From the NCBI GenBank assembly GCA_027031935.1, contig JALVPF010000125.1, positions 1 through 47,459 of the forward strand: 47,459 nucleotides of DNA, written 5' to 3'. The position numbers and the translations under genes are program-made. The DNA comes from Myxococcales bacterium. GTDB lineage: Bacteria; Myxococcota; B64-G9. The first letter of the stretch is position 1. Every line of letters begins with the position of its first letter. The notes beneath the pieces are model-generated. The model searched no databases, was not told the DNA's origin, and was given only the letters and a program-made list of their open reading frames with translations. Of the stretch, positions 36,127-46,333 are shown piece by piece.

Positions 36127-36630
36127 ATGTGGCGATGGAGAGTTTTTTTGATGGTGTTGATGTCCTTGGTCTTGGGTTGTGAGGCCAAACCCACGACCCC
36201 TGTACAGGTTTACAATGCATTTTATCAGGCGGTAGCCAACGAGGACTGGGACCTGGCAACGACATACCTGTCGCCTCGCGTCATAAAGACCTTTTCAAAG
36301 GTGGGAGCGGAGCTACAGTCCATGGTGGGAGACGATGGGGATTCTCTGGACTTTTTTTTGCAGGGAATACGAGCACATGTCAGGACTCCACTGGTGAAGG
36401 TGGAGCAGATAGACAAGACTTTCGGGACAGCCAGATTGAAGGTGGTGGCCGGCCAATGCCAAAAGGATTCAGGATCCCAGGACTGCTTTGAGTCGGAAGT
36501 GTCCATGGTGTTCATTTCAGGCAGGTGGTATGTGGATCCAAAATTGCCGCCCATGGGTGTGGAAGATCAAGAGCCTTACACGAAGGAAAAACCAAAAGAC
36601 AAGGTTACAGGCAGCACTACAGGAGGTTGA
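36127..36630 (+). CDS. Hypothetical lipoprotein (NTF2/DUF4878-like)
   Basis: It has the lipobox LVLGC. No catalytic motif. Confidence 0.5.
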   Translation: MWRWRVFLMVLMSLVLGCEAKPTTPVQVYNAFYQAVANEDWDLATTYLSPRVIKTFSKVGAELQSMVGDDGDSLDFFLQGIRAHVRTPLVKVEQIDKTFGTARLKVVAGQCQKDSGSQDCFESEVSMVFISGRWYVDPKLPPMGVEDQEPYTKEKPKDKVTGSTTGG

Positions 36631-36634
36631 GTTC

Positions 36635-38203
36635 ATGCGATTTGGACGATCCATGCTTTTCGGTGGGCTTTTCGGCGTCATTGGATTCTTTTTTACCGCT
36701 TGCTCAGGTCCGAAGCAGGAGATTGTAGAGTCCTCCAAGCAGGCGGATACGAAAGAAACACCATCCGTACAAGCTCCTGCAAAACCAAAAGTGGGACCGC
36801 AGGTATTGGTGCAGTATTCCGTCATGGCGGAAGTGCTGCACATGGCAGAAGGGGTCAGCATCTGGAGGCAGGATCTGCCCAGGTACATGTACAGGGCCTT
36901 TGACGATAATTTTGGTTTTGAGGAAAAAGATCGCAACTTGCTGAAACGTTTTGCATTTATTCGAAACGCCCTGTGGGAAAAAGAGGTCAAGGTCCAGCCC
37001 AAGATTTCATTTTCCAAGCCCTTTGGACCCCAGGGGCTTTTCCCGGTACAAGAACCAGGGCCACAGGCTCGCTTATGGCTTGCAGCCTTGTCCGCCTCAG
37101 AGCCGTCCGAGCTGCGTCGTAGTCTCAAGGGGATAGTGCCACCCTCAGCTGCAGAGTCCATCGTTGATCTGCTTACGGCCATCGCACCAAGGAGCGGAGA
37201 ACTCATATCGCAGTTCGGTGGATTAGCAAAAAGCGCCCAAGAGCTCCAAGCCTTGTTGTCCTCAGACAGGATCGCAAAGCTGCTGGATGGATTGGGGAGC
37301 TTTTGCGGTATTGATTCCTCGGCCCTTGTCTTCAGGGTTTACCCTGTGTGGGTACCGGATAAACAGAAGGCCCACGCTGTTGCATATGGCGACTCCATAA
37401 TACTCGAGTTGCATGAGGCAGAAGAGGTAGGACCCAAGCAGGTGGCAATGGTCGTGGGTTCCATCTTTAGGCGCTTTCTGGCCAGGGTCAAGCCTGAGAC
37501 GAAAGTGCTGGCCACGAACAGATTCGTGGAGGCCGCCGGGTTCAGGAACAAACCAATGGGACTCATCTCCGCCTTGATGGACGCAGCGGGATTTGGCCTG
37601 GCCTCGCCCCTCGTCGCAAAAGGCCCTGCTCAGGTGCCCCCCTGGCCTGGCGATGATGAACGCAAAGCAGCAGCCGAGTCCATGACGGGCCTGTTGCGAA
37701 CCTGGTTGACCAAGGGAAAACGGCTGGATGGAGTTTTTGCCTTGAAAGCCGCACGCTTGTATTCCAAAGCGGTGCTTGCTCGCCCATCTGACTTTGTCGA
37801 TGGTGCCATGGTTATCTCCAAGCAGGGTGTGCTGGATCCATTCAAGAAAAAAGTCACCAGGTGGGCCGTGTGGAAGTTCCCGTTGGAGAAAAAATACAAC
37901 TACCCACGCAAACTGGACTATACTCCCGGCAGATCGGTGCTCATGGTCTTGACCCCTCGGGATGTCAAGGGATTACAGGACCAGCTGAAGGGCAGGAAAA
38001 AGATCGCCATGGGACTGCAGAAGACATATGAAATCCTGAAAAAGTTCGACGGTGCCATCATCACCATCCCTAGAACATCGAGAGGGTATATATTCATCGC
38101 AGCTGCAAAGAGCCCCGAAGCCATGGAGTCTGTAGCAGAGAAGTTTTTTTCCCTGGATAGAATTCCAAAGGAATCCATCGAGGTGAAGCTCAAAAGCAAG
38201 TAG
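36635..38203 (+). CDS. Hypothetical lipoprotein (about 520 aa)
   Basis: MRFGRSMLFGGLFGVIGFFFTACSG gives a lipobox. ATG 36635 is preceded by AGGAGG (36621-36626). The track start at 36488 overlaps the previous gene. Confidence 0.55.
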   Translation: MRFGRSMLFGGLFGVIGFFFTACSGPKQEIVESSKQADTKETPSVQAPAKPKVGPQVLVQYSVMAEVLHMAEGVSIWRQDLPRYMYRAFDDNFGFEEKDRNLLKRFAFIRNALWEKEVKVQPKISFSKPFGPQGLFPVQEPGPQARLWLAALSASEPSELRRSLKGIVPPSAAESIVDLLTAIAPRSGELISQFGGLAKSAQELQALLSSDRIAKLLDGLGSFCGIDSSALVFRVYPVWVPDKQKAHAVAYGDSIILELHEAEEVGPKQVAMVVGSIFRRFLARVKPETKVLATNRFVEAAGFRNKPMGLISALMDAAGFGLASPLVAKGPAQVPPWPGDDERKAAAESMTGLLRTWLTKGKRLDGVFALKAARLYSKAVLARPSDFVDGAMVISKQGVLDPFKKKVTRWAVWKFPLEKKYNYPRKLDYTPGRSVLMVLTPRDVKGLQDQLKGRKKIAMGLQKTYEILKKFDGAIITIPRTSRGYIFIAAAKSPEAMESVAEKFFSLDRIPKESIEVKLKSK

Positions 38204-38227
38204 GGCAAAACCATGTTCACCGAGTCC

Positions 38228-38274
38228 CAAAATCTTCCGCCCTCTGGAGTCACATTTCCCAGATCGCAAGGGAG
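38228..38274 (+). repeat. Collapsed copy of repeat family 2 (5' arm joined directly to 3' arm)
   Basis: AAATCTTCCGCC...ATTTCCCAGATCGCAAGGGAG compares with copy R as AAATCTCCCACA...ATTTCCCAGATCGC[~90 nt]AGATCGCAAGCGAGG. It lies 35 nt upstream of the lipase ATG. Confidence 0.55.
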
Positions 38275-38308
38275 CCGGGAAGTCGGGGAAGTCTCAGGAT
38301 TGAAAACC

Positions 38309-39685
38309 ATGTTGAGGCATCTTGTCATATTTACCTGTGTCGGATTGCTTTGTCTGTCTGCGGCTTGTGATGATGCTGCCTTGCGGAGTGTTGACTCGGG
38401 TGTTGATGGGGATGGATTTCAAGGTGCGGAGGTCCTTCGTGATGCCGGTGATATTGGCGACATGGCTTTTGGAGACGACGACAATCTGCCGGGTGATGAT
38501 CACGAAATCGAGCCATGCGGGGGACAAGAGCCTGAAAGAAGTCATAGGGGATGGCTTGGGTTGGGCTCGTCGTTAATGGACCAGCCATTGGCCCCTTGCC
38601 GGGAGCATTCATATTCTTTTGCCTCTGCGGCCGGCTCCATCATCGAACTGAAGGTCGAATCAGCCGGATTGAGCGAGGGGATCGAAGCCAGGGTGGTGTG
38701 GCCTGATAATGCCACCTGGAACTCTCCACTTGCCGACGTTCGTACGTATGACGATGGCGACAGCGCCAGGGTTTCTTTTGTGGCACCAAGATCGGGCGAT
38801 TTTTTTCTCTTGCTGAGATCGGTCAAGACAGATGACGATGGGACCTATGATGTAAGCCTCAGTTGCATGATGCTTTGTGACAGGCAGACCACCAGGTATC
38901 CCATCGTGCTGGTACATGGTTGGACCGGATGGGACGAGATAAGTTCGTATACTTACTTCTATCAGGTTGCCGATTATCTTACGCAGCACGGCTTTGCGGT
39001 CTATACGGCTAGCCTGGACCCATACAACTCAACGGAAGTTCGCTCGGTGCAGCTGGCTTCGCAAATCGACGAGTTTCTCTCTAAAGCCAGAACATCTCAT
39101 GTCAACATTATTGCCCATTCACAGGGAGGACTCGACAGCCGCAGGCTTATCTCTTCCCTTGGTTATAGCGATAGAGTCTCGGCACTGGTGACCATCTCCA
39201 CTCCTCACCGTGGCACTCCGCTGATGGATGTGGCCATGGGAGTGCTGCCTGGATTCAGCGTAGATGCTCTGGGGTGGTTTCTGGATTTTTTGGGTGCCAG
39301 ACTTACGGGCAGCGAATCCAACGCGGTGGCGTCTTTCGAGTGCATGACCACGAGTTACGTAATGGATGAATTCAACCCGGAAAATCCCGATTCTCCTGAT
39401 GTTGCTTATATTTCCTATGCGGGCAAGACCTGTCCCTTCGGGTTTACATGTGGAGACGTGTGCGATGTGGAGATAGGCTGGTCCTATGCCATTCTCAGGG
39501 TGCTGTCGGGAGACAACGACGGCATCGTTCCTGTAAGCAGTGCAAAATGGGGTGACTTTCGAGGAACTATACCAGCGGACCATTTCGACGAGGTCGGGCA
39601 GTTAGCCGGGGTCACGGGGCCAAATTTCGATCACAAGAAGTTTTATCTGAAGCTGGCAAGGGACCTGGCAGCAGAAGGCCACTGA
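38309..39685 (+). CDS. Family I-type triacylglycerol lipase (alpha/beta hydrolase) with lipobox and an extra N-terminal beta domain
   Basis: MLRHLVIFTCVGLLCLSAAC gives a lipobox. It has the nucleophile elbow IIAHSQGGLD, the Asp motif GDNDGIVPVSSA and the His motif DHFDEVGQ. The N-terminal ~180 aa is PPC-like (SARVSFVAPRSGDFFLLLRSV...GTYDVSLSC). Confidence 0.75.
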   Translation: MLRHLVIFTCVGLLCLSAACDDAALRSVDSGVDGDGFQGAEVLRDAGDIGDMAFGDDDNLPGDDHEIEPCGGQEPERSHRGWLGLGSSLMDQPLAPCREHSYSFASAAGSIIELKVESAGLSEGIEARVVWPDNATWNSPLADVRTYDDGDSARVSFVAPRSGDFFLLLRSVKTDDDGTYDVSLSCMMLCDRQTTRYPIVLVHGWTGWDEISSYTYFYQVADYLTQHGFAVYTASLDPYNSTEVRSVQLASQIDEFLSKARTSHVNIIAHSQGGLDSRRLISSLGYSDRVSALVTISTPHRGTPLMDVAMGVLPGFSVDALGWFLDFLGARLTGSESNAVASFECMTTSYVMDEFNPENPDSPDVAYISYAGKTCPFGFTCGDVCDVEIGWSYAILRVLSGDNDGIVPVSSAKWGDFRGTIPADHFDEVGQLAGVTGPNFDHKKFYLKLARDLAAEGH

Positions 39686-39701
39686 TATAGTGCTACAACC
39701 G

Positions 39702-39875
39702 CCTCGAAAATTTATGAAGTTGCAGCATCTTCGTAGGCCCGCGGCAGGCGTGGCTGCCCGTAGCTTCGAGCTTGCCGAGAAGCCAAGGGTAGCTAGCCGT
39801 AGACAGGGCCGTACCACACGCTCCAGGGTGATTTTCATCATCTTCGGGTGATGCTAAAGGCGTCATGACGACTGC
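39702..39875 (-). repeat. Dispersed repeat family 1, copy B (inverted relative to copy A)
   Basis: See copy A. It ends exactly at the stop codon of the CDF gene (39876) and lies between convergent genes. Confidence 0.85.
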
Positions 39876-40760
39876 CTAGTGTCCATGGTTTTCCTGCTTT
39901 GGTTCATGGACATCAACGTGTATATCCACGCTCGCAGGTGCGATGGCTTCAGCAATACGACATTCCAGTTCATCAGCTATGGCGTGGGCCTGGAATAGAG
40001 GAGTGTGTCCTTCGCACTCGATGTGGACTATTACGTGTCTCATGGATCCTGCTTTTCTCGTCCTGAGTCCATGCCACCCAGCGATGCGATCATCTCCTTC
40101 CAGTACTCCTTGTATCAGTCGGATTTCTTTTTCTGGAAGACCCCTGTCCATGAGCTGATTGATGGCAGCCAGGGTCAGGCGGCTTCCGATGTAAGCGATC
40201 CACAAGGCAACAGCTATGGCCACCACTGCGTCCATGCCCTGCCAATCGGTAAGCCAGCCCAGGCCCAAGCCCAGGGCCACACCCACGGAAGTCCAGACAT
40301 CGGTGGCCAGATGATGTCCATCGGCCTCTATTGCCATGGAGTCATGTTTTTTGGCGACCTTGAGCAGATATCTGGAAACGAAGAGATTGATCAAGGCCGA
40401 CAGAGCCATTACACCAAGGGCCAGGTCGAGGTCCATGAGCGCCCCACCGGTATGCAGTCTTAGTACGGCCTCATAGACAATCCATATGGCAGCGATGACG
40501 ATGAGGGCAGCCTCTATGGCTCCGGAAATGGCCTCGGCCTTGCCGTGACCAAAGGGATGAGACTCGTCGGGAGGGCTATCGGAGATGCGTACGGAAAACC
40601 ACGCTATGAGCGCCGCGAAAAGGTCGATACCGGAATGTATGGCCTCGGCTATGATGGCCACAGATCCGCTGATGGAGCCAACCACTAGCTTTATACACAC
40701 CAGCACCGCATTGGAACCCACCGATAGGGAAGCGGCCCTTGTCTTTGCAGTGGATTCCAT
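39876..40760 (-). CDS. Cation diffusion facilitator (CDF) family metal efflux transporter
   Basis: It has SGSVAIIAEAIHSGIDL and HLATDVWTSVGVALGL, with six TM segments and a C-terminal cytoplasmic domain. ATG 40760 is preceded by GGAGGG and avoids overlap with the upstream gene. Confidence 0.85.
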   Translation of the reverse strand: MESTAKTRAASLSVGSNAVLVCIKLVVGSISGSVAIIAEAIHSGIDLFAALIAWFSVRISDSPPDESHPFGHGKAEAISGAIEAALIVIAAIWIVYEAVLRLHTGGALMDLDLALGVMALSALINLFVSRYLLKVAKKHDSMAIEADGHHLATDVWTSVGVALGLGLGWLTDWQGMDAVVAIAVALWIAYIGSRLTLAAINQLMDRGLPEKEIRLIQGVLEGDDRIAGWHGLRTRKAGSMRHVIVHIECEGHTPLFQAHAIADELECRIAEAIAPASVDIHVDVHEPKQENHGH

Positions 40761-40800
40761 CAGTCCCTCCGGTGGTATCCGGTCAATGGTGCATCGAGGC

Positions 40801-41991
40801 TCAAGCCGGAATCCAGATACCGTCTTTGACCACCAGCGCCTTGCCGTCGATCTTGACCGAGCGGCCTGCACCGCCTGGCCTGAAATCGCAGACTATATCC
40901 ACATGCTGCGCCGACCGATTCAGGATGCCCTTTTGCGCCAGTTCCTCCAAAAGTTTTTTCGATTCGGGCGTGGATGGATCGTCTACGTAGCAGTCTTCGT
41001 ATGACTGACCTATGGCTATATGTAAAGTGCCCCCGACTTTCTCCACGAACAGGGGGTGTTTCAATACGCGATCCATTCCAGAGTTCATGCCCAGGGCAAC
41101 CTCTCCCAGTCGGTGCGAACCATCATCCGTCTCAACGATGGCGGTCAGTTGTTCGTGACCCTGCTCAGCGTGGTATTCTACGATCCTGCCCGATTCCAGC
41201 TTGAGGTAGATGCCCTGAATGTCCACGCCGGAATAGTGCACAGGAAGGTCTATGAAGATTTCCCCCTGCACCGACGATGCATTGGGAGAGGTGAACACTT
41301 CTCCATCGGGGAAATTTCTCAACCCGAATGACATTACAGGATGGCTGTGGGTCAGGTCCATGGTGCAGCGAAGTTCCCTGCCGTCGGGATGCTCTGTGAT
41401 GATCTCGATTTCCTTGCCGGATTCCATCAAGGGAGCCAGACGCTGTTCGGCCTCTTTCAGTGGTTTGGGATCAATGGTGGAGGCTTGAACTATGAAATCA
41501 GTGTATTCCTGTAAATCCATTCCTTCCATTTGGGCAAAGCCCGGAGTGGGATAAAGCGTCAGTACCCAGGGCTTGGCCAGCCTGATGTTGGCATAGTCCC
41601 TGTCCGCTGCTGCGAGGGCTGCAGCTTGTACGCCATCGAGACCAGAGTATGCCGAGGGATCCTCTGCACCCAGAATCTCTATGTACTTGGTCATGGATTC
41701 ATACCTTTCCAGGTGCCAGGACGGGGCAGCTTTCAGTTGTTCGGGCTTTCCGAACTTGCCCATGGCCGCAGACCACACACGCCCGCGTTCGTTGTTGGGG
41801 GGGACCAGGTAGATATCCGGTATGGCCCCTGCCTCTATGACCTTTCGCTCAAGGGTCTCCATCAAGGGCCAGCAAATGCGTTCTCCCTTGATCATGACCC
41901 TGTCCGTGCTGTCCAATCCACCCAGGGAGTGGGAAATGAGTATGTCAGCCCATGTGTCCAGGTCGGATTGCTTGACTTTTGTCTCTTTCAT
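40801..41991 (-). CDS. M29-family aminopeptidase (AmpS/PepS-like)
   Basis: It has NFPDGEVFTSP, GEVALGMN and EKVGGTLHIAIGQSY. Confidence 0.8.
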   Translation of the reverse strand: MKETKVKQSDLDTWADILISHSLGGLDSTDRVMIKGERICWPLMETLERKVIEAGAIPDIYLVPPNNERGRVWSAAMGKFGKPEQLKAAPSWHLERYESMTKYIEILGAEDPSAYSGLDGVQAAALAAADRDYANIRLAKPWVLTLYPTPGFAQMEGMDLQEYTDFIVQASTIDPKPLKEAEQRLAPLMESGKEIEIITEHPDGRELRCTMDLTHSHPVMSFGLRNFPDGEVFTSPNASSVQGEIFIDLPVHYSGVDIQGIYLKLESGRIVEYHAEQGHEQLTAIVETDDGSHRLGEVALGMNSGMDRVLKHPLFVEKVGGTLHIAIGQSYEDCYVDDPSTPESKKLLEELAQKGILNRSAQHVDIVCDFRPGGAGRSVKIDGKALVVKDGIWIPA

Positions 41992-42114
41992 TGTTCATCT
42001 CCTTGCCTTACCGAGTTGCAGGGCGTTTTTTGCATAATCAGATCGGATGAGCTTGCAAATCAAGTCCGAAGGCATAGACTGTGATGCTTCAACTGCGACA
42101 CCAGGAGGATCGTC

Positions 42115-43521
42115 ATGGTGTGGATGAAAATCAAGGATGCAATTAAAGCAGAACCCGGAACCAGGATGACCGTGAAGGGATGGCTTCGTACGAGAAGAGA
42201 TTCGAAAGCCGACGGTGGGCTGTCGTTTTTGGTGGTATCGGATGGGACGTGTTTCGATACTCTCCAGGTGGTGGCGCGTGGTGATCTGCCCAACTACCAG
42301 GAGGATATCGTCAGGCTTACTACCGGATGCAGCATAGAGGCCAGCGGAACTCTGGTGGAATCCCAGGGCAAGGGTCAGAATGTGGAGCTACAGGCTGACG
42401 AGATTTCCGTGTTGGGCTGGGTGGATGATCCTGATTCCTACCCGGTGCAAAAGAAACGCCAGAGCTTCGAATACCTTCGTGAGGTAGCGCACCTGAGACC
42501 TCGTACGAATACCTTTGGTGCGGTTGCGCGAGTTAGGCATTGTTTGAGCATGGCGGTTCACCGCTTTTTCGACGAGCGGGATTTTTTCTATGTGCACACT
42601 CCTGTCATAACTGCGTCGGATTGCGAGGGAGCTGGTGAAATGTTCAGAGTCTCCACCCTGGACTTGCTGAACCTTCCCTTGACCGACAAGGGGGATATAG
42701 ATTTCGAGCAGGATTTTTTTGGACGCGAAGCGAGGCTCACCGTTTCTGGGCAGTTGAGCGTTGAGACTTACTGTTGTGCCTTGAGCAGAGTCTATACTTT
42801 TGGTCCAACCTTTCGTGCTGAAAACTCCAACACCGCCAGACACCTCAGCGAGTTTTGGATGATCGAGCCGGAGACAGCCTTTGCAGACCTGAATGACGAT
42901 GCGGATTTGGCCGAGGAGTTTCTCAAGTATCTCATAGACGAGCTGTTGACCAGGCGTGCTGATGACATGAAGTTTTTCAATCAGTGGATAGACAAGGACA
43001 AGACCTTGGTCCAGCGTCTCAAGGGTATCATCGAAGCGAAATTTCGACGAATATCGTACACAGAAGCGGTGGATGTGCTGGGCAAGGCGAAAAAATCTTT
43101 CGAGTTTCCTGTGAAGTGGGGCGTGGATTTGCAGAGCGAACACGAGCGCTATCTCACTGAGGAAAAGTTCAAGCAGCCGGTGGTGGTCATGGACTATCCC
43201 AAGGAGATAAAGGCCTTCTACATGCGACAAAACGATGATGGAAAGACCGTGGCAGCCATGGATGTCCTGGTACCGAGAGTGGGTGAGATAATCGGCGGAT
43301 CAGCAAGGGAAGAACGGCTGGATGTACTGGACGCCAGATTGGACGAGCTGGGCCTGCCCAAAGAGGACTACTGGTGGTACAGAGATCTTCGCAAATACGG
43401 AACGGTTCCCCACGCCGGGTTTGGTCTGGGCTTCGAGAGGATGATACAGTTCTGCACATCCATGGCAAATATCAGGGATGTGATCCCCTTCCCCAGGGCC
43501 CCGCGTCAGGCAGATTTTTGA
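42115..43521 (+). CDS. asnS: Asparagine--tRNA ligase
   Basis: It has an N-terminal OB fold, class II motifs ([40 protein letters not shown]), and the C-terminus [16 protein letters not shown] lies upstream. Confidence 0.9.
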   Translation: MVWMKIKDAIKAEPGTRMTVKGWLRTRRDSKADGGLSFLVVSDGTCFDTLQVVARGDLPNYQEDIVRLTTGCSIEASGTLVESQGKGQNVELQADEISVLGWVDDPDSYPVQKKRQSFEYLREVAHLRPRTNTFGAVARVRHCLSMAVHRFFDERDFFYVHTPVITASDCEGAGEMFRVSTLDLLNLPLTDKGDIDFEQDFFGREARLTVSGQLSVETYCCALSRVYTFGPTFRAENSNTARHLSEFWMIEPETAFADLNDDADLAEEFLKYLIDELLTRRADDMKFFNQWIDKDKTLVQRLKGIIEAKFRRISYTEAVDVLGKAKKSFEFPVKWGVDLQSEHERYLTEEKFKQPVVVMDYPKEIKAFYMRQNDDGKTVAAMDVLVPRVGEIIGGSAREERLDVLDARLDELGLPKEDYWWYRDLRKYGTVPHAGFGLGFERMIQFCTSMANIRDVIPFPRAPRQADF

Positions 43522-44267
43522 TTTTGCATCTTGAGATGTAGCAAGAATTCCACGTTGCCCTGCGCTCCGGTGATGGGAGAGCGGGTATATCCCTCCGACT
43601 TCATGCCCAGGTATTCGGCCATGGCCTGAATCTTTTCCACTGTCTGCAGGCGCAAGGCTTCATCCCTGACTATGCCCCCCTTGCCCACCTTTCCCTTGCC
43701 AACTTCGAACTGTGGTTTGACCAAGGCCACCATCTGGCCCGAATCCTTCAGGCATTTCATGACTGGGCCCATGGCCAGTTCCAGCGAAATGAAACTCAGG
43801 TCGAACACTGCAAGGTCAACCTTCTCTTGTAAGTCCTGGGGTGTCAAATTGCGTACGTTGAACCTCTCCATGACCATGACCCGTTCGTCGTCCCTGAGCT
43901 TTTGGTGAAGTTGTGCCCTTCCCACATCCAGAGCAAACACTTTTACGGCGCCTCTTTGCAACAGACAGTCTGTAAATCCACCGGTGGAGGCACCAAGGTC
44001 CAAGGCCACGAGTCCGCTGACATCAATGGAGAAGTAATCCAGCGCGTATGCAAGTTTCACGCCACCCCTTGATACAAAAGGGTGATCCTTGCCCTTGATG
44101 CGAATGGGCGAGTCGTGTGTGACCCTTGTCCCGGGCTTGTCCACGCGGTTTTCTCCCACCACCACGCGGCCTGCCATGATGAGGGCTTGGGCCCTGGTGC
44201 GGCTGGGTGCCAGGTCCCTTTCCACCAGCAGCTGATCCAGCCTCATCTTGTCCTTGAAGTTACCCAT
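43506..44267 (-). CDS. tlyA: TlyA-family rRNA 2'-O-methyltransferase
   Basis: The S4 domain is [29 protein letters not shown]. The FtsJ-type SAM motif is [13 protein letters not shown]. Confidence 0.85.
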   Translation of the reverse strand: MGNFKDKMRLDQLLVERDLAPSRTRAQALIMAGRVVVGENRVDKPGTRVTHDSPIRIKGKDHPFVSRGGVKLAYALDYFSIDVSGLVALDLGASTGGFTDCLLQRGAVKVFALDVGRAQLHQKLRDDERVMVMERFNVRNLTPQDLQEKVDLAVFDLSFISLELAMGPVMKCLKDSGQMVALVKPQFEVGKGKVGKGGIVRDEALRLQTVEKIQAMAEYLGMKSEGYTRSPITGAQGNVEFLLHLKMQNQKSA

Positions 44268-44282
44268 TGTGCCTATAGCTGG

Positions 44283-46193
44283 TCATGCGCTGTGGTCCAG
44301 CTCGGTGCTTTGTCTTCCACACAGCGAGACTGCCGCCCTGGCTATACCGGATGCATCGAGTCCCAGCCCGGCCCTTAGAGCAGCGGCTGAGCCATGGGGT
44401 ACGAACTCGTCGTTTATTCCCAGGTTCACAAGGCATGCATCCACGCATCGTTTTTGCAGCATGGCGCCAAGCTGCTGGCCGAACCCTCCAGAGATGGAAT
44501 TTTCCTCGACGGTCAGCACCCGGCCCGTCTTTTTGGCCAGGCGCGTGATGAGTGTTTCATCCATGGGTTTGGCAAAACGCGCGTCTACCACCAGCGCGTG
44601 GATATCATCTCGCTCGGCGAGCAGACTTGCCGCTTGCAATGCAGGGCCAAGCATGGTGCCTATGGATATGATGGCAAGATCCGCTTGAGCGGTGGGGTCC
44701 CGGACCAGCCTCGCTCTTCCAATCTCCATGGGTTCCGGCTCTTCGGGCAGAGCAATGCCTGTGGCCTTTCCTCTGGGGTAGCGTATGGCCACCGGGCCAT
44801 TTACCTCCATGCTCGTGCGCAACATGCTCTTTAGTTCAGCCTCGTCGGAAGGAGCCATCACCACAAGGCCTGGTATGCATGTGAGGTAGCTCAGATCAAA
44901 GGATCCATGGTGGGTAGGACCATCGTCTCCGACTATACCAGCGCGATCCAGGGCGAAGGTTACAGGCAGACCTTGCAGACAAACGTCATGGATAATTTCG
45001 TCATAGGCGCGTTGAAGGAAGGTGGAGTAAATCGCCACCACTGGTTTCATCCCTTCGCAGGCAAGACCTGCAGCGAAGGTCACAGCGTGTTCTTCTGCAA
45101 TACCCACGTCATAGAATCTGTCCGGAAATCTGCTCTGGAACTTCGAAAGTCCCGTTCCGTCCGGCATGGCCGCGGTTATGGCCACAATTCGTTCGTCTTT
45201 CTCTGCGAGTTCGACCAAGGCGTCTGCAAACACCTGGGTGTATGTCGCAGTCTTGGTCTTGTCGCTCGACTCCTTGCCTCCTTCCGGGTGAGATGGGGAG
45301 ACTCCGTGAAATTTTGTGGGTTCGTCTTCTGCGCACGAAAGTCCACGGCCTTTTACTGTACGCACATGGACCAACACTGGGCCATCGAGCATCTTGACGT
45401 TCCTCATGGTGGCCAGAAGGGTGGGAATATCGTGCCCGTCCACCGGGCCCACGTACTGAAAATTCAAGCCTTCGAAAAGAATGCCTGGAGTCAAAAGAGC
45501 CTTGGTGCTTTCCACCCCTCGCCTCATCCACTCGAGCATCACGTCTCCCCAGCGTGGAAAGCCCGTCAGGAGATCCTTTGTCCTGCGACGCATGAGGTTG
45601 AAGGCCCTGCTGGTGAGTTTTCTCGAAAACCAGTTGCTCATGGCTCCCACGTGGTCTGATATGAACATCCCGTTGTCGTTGAGGATGACTATGAGATCCC
45701 GGTCCAAGGACCCGGCGTGGTTGAGCGCTTCGAAGGCCAGTCCGCCTGTCATGCCTCCGTCACCTATCACGGCCACCACTCGGCCCCGCTCTCCTTTGAG
45801 TCGCTTGCCTTCTGCGATTCCGAGGGCTGCGCTGATGGAAGTCGAAGCGTGTCCCGCGCCAAAAACATCGTGTTCGTTTTCGGATCTTTTGGTAAAGCCG
45901 CTTAGTCCTCCAGGCTTTCTTATGGTAGAAAACCTATCCCGTCTTCCCGTGATGAGCTTGTGAGCGTATGCCTGGTCGCCCACGTCCCAGACGATGGGAT
46001 CCATGGGGGATTCAAAGACGTAATGCAGCGCGAGGGTTAGCTCCACCACTCCGAGGGAGGAGGCGAGATGCCCACCGTTTTCGGTTATGACCTCGATGAT
46101 TCGGGCGCGGATCTCTCTGGCAAGAGCAGGTAGCTGCTTTTCCGAAAGGCGCCGAAGATCCATAGGTGAGTCGATATTTTCCAAAAGTCCCAT
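44283..46193 (-). CDS. dxs: 1-deoxy-D-xylulose-5-phosphate synthase
   Basis: It has GGHLASSLGVVELTLALHYVF, the TPP motif IGDGGMTGGLAFEALN, and GIAEEHAVTFAAGLA. Confidence 0.95.
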   Translation of the reverse strand: MGLLENIDSPMDLRRLSEKQLPALAREIRARIIEVITENGGHLASSLGVVELTLALHYVFESPMDPIVWDVGDQAYAHKLITGRRDRFSTIRKPGGLSGFTKRSENEHDVFGAGHASTSISAALGIAEGKRLKGERGRVVAVIGDGGMTGGLAFEALNHAGSLDRDLIVILNDNGMFISDHVGAMSNWFSRKLTSRAFNLMRRRTKDLLTGFPRWGDVMLEWMRRGVESTKALLTPGILFEGLNFQYVGPVDGHDIPTLLATMRNVKMLDGPVLVHVRTVKGRGLSCAEDEPTKFHGVSPSHPEGGKESSDKTKTATYTQVFADALVELAEKDERIVAITAAMPDGTGLSKFQSRFPDRFYDVGIAEEHAVTFAAGLACEGMKPVVAIYSTFLQRAYDEIIHDVCLQGLPVTFALDRAGIVGDDGPTHHGSFDLSYLTCIPGLVVMAPSDEAELKSMLRTSMEVNGPVAIRYPRGKATGIALPEEPEPMEIGRARLVRDPTAQADLAIISIGTMLGPALQAASLLAERDDIHALVVDARFAKPMDETLITRLAKKTGRVLTVEENSISGGFGQQLGAMLQKRCVDACLVNLGINDEFVPHGSAAALRAGLGLDASGIARAAVSLCGRQSTELDHSA

Positions 46194-46333
46194 GGGTTCC
46201 TCCTGGGCAGGAGCCTAAGCCCTGTGATGCCTCGTGGTCAACACAGATTCTCATTCGTGCTAATGGGCTCAAGTTCCCCTGGTTTTCCTCCTTGCCCTGG
46301 ATTTTGCAAGGGAGTAGTATCCAGGGAGCATCC

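Noticed and set aside
4375-39875. A possible 35-kb composite mobile element bounded by the inverted family-1 repeats
   Set aside because: The interior holds essential single-copy genes (rpoD, dnaG, dnaB, rnpB, ribosomal proteins, prs, pth) and no transposase or integrase. The repeats are dispersed elements, not transposon ends.
42388-43230. 280-aa minus-strand ORF
   Set aside because: It lies antisense inside asnS, which has unambiguous class II synthetase motifs.
44907-45659. 250-aa plus-strand ORF, plus other ORFs at 44248-45963
   Set aside because: They are antisense or shadow frames inside dxs.
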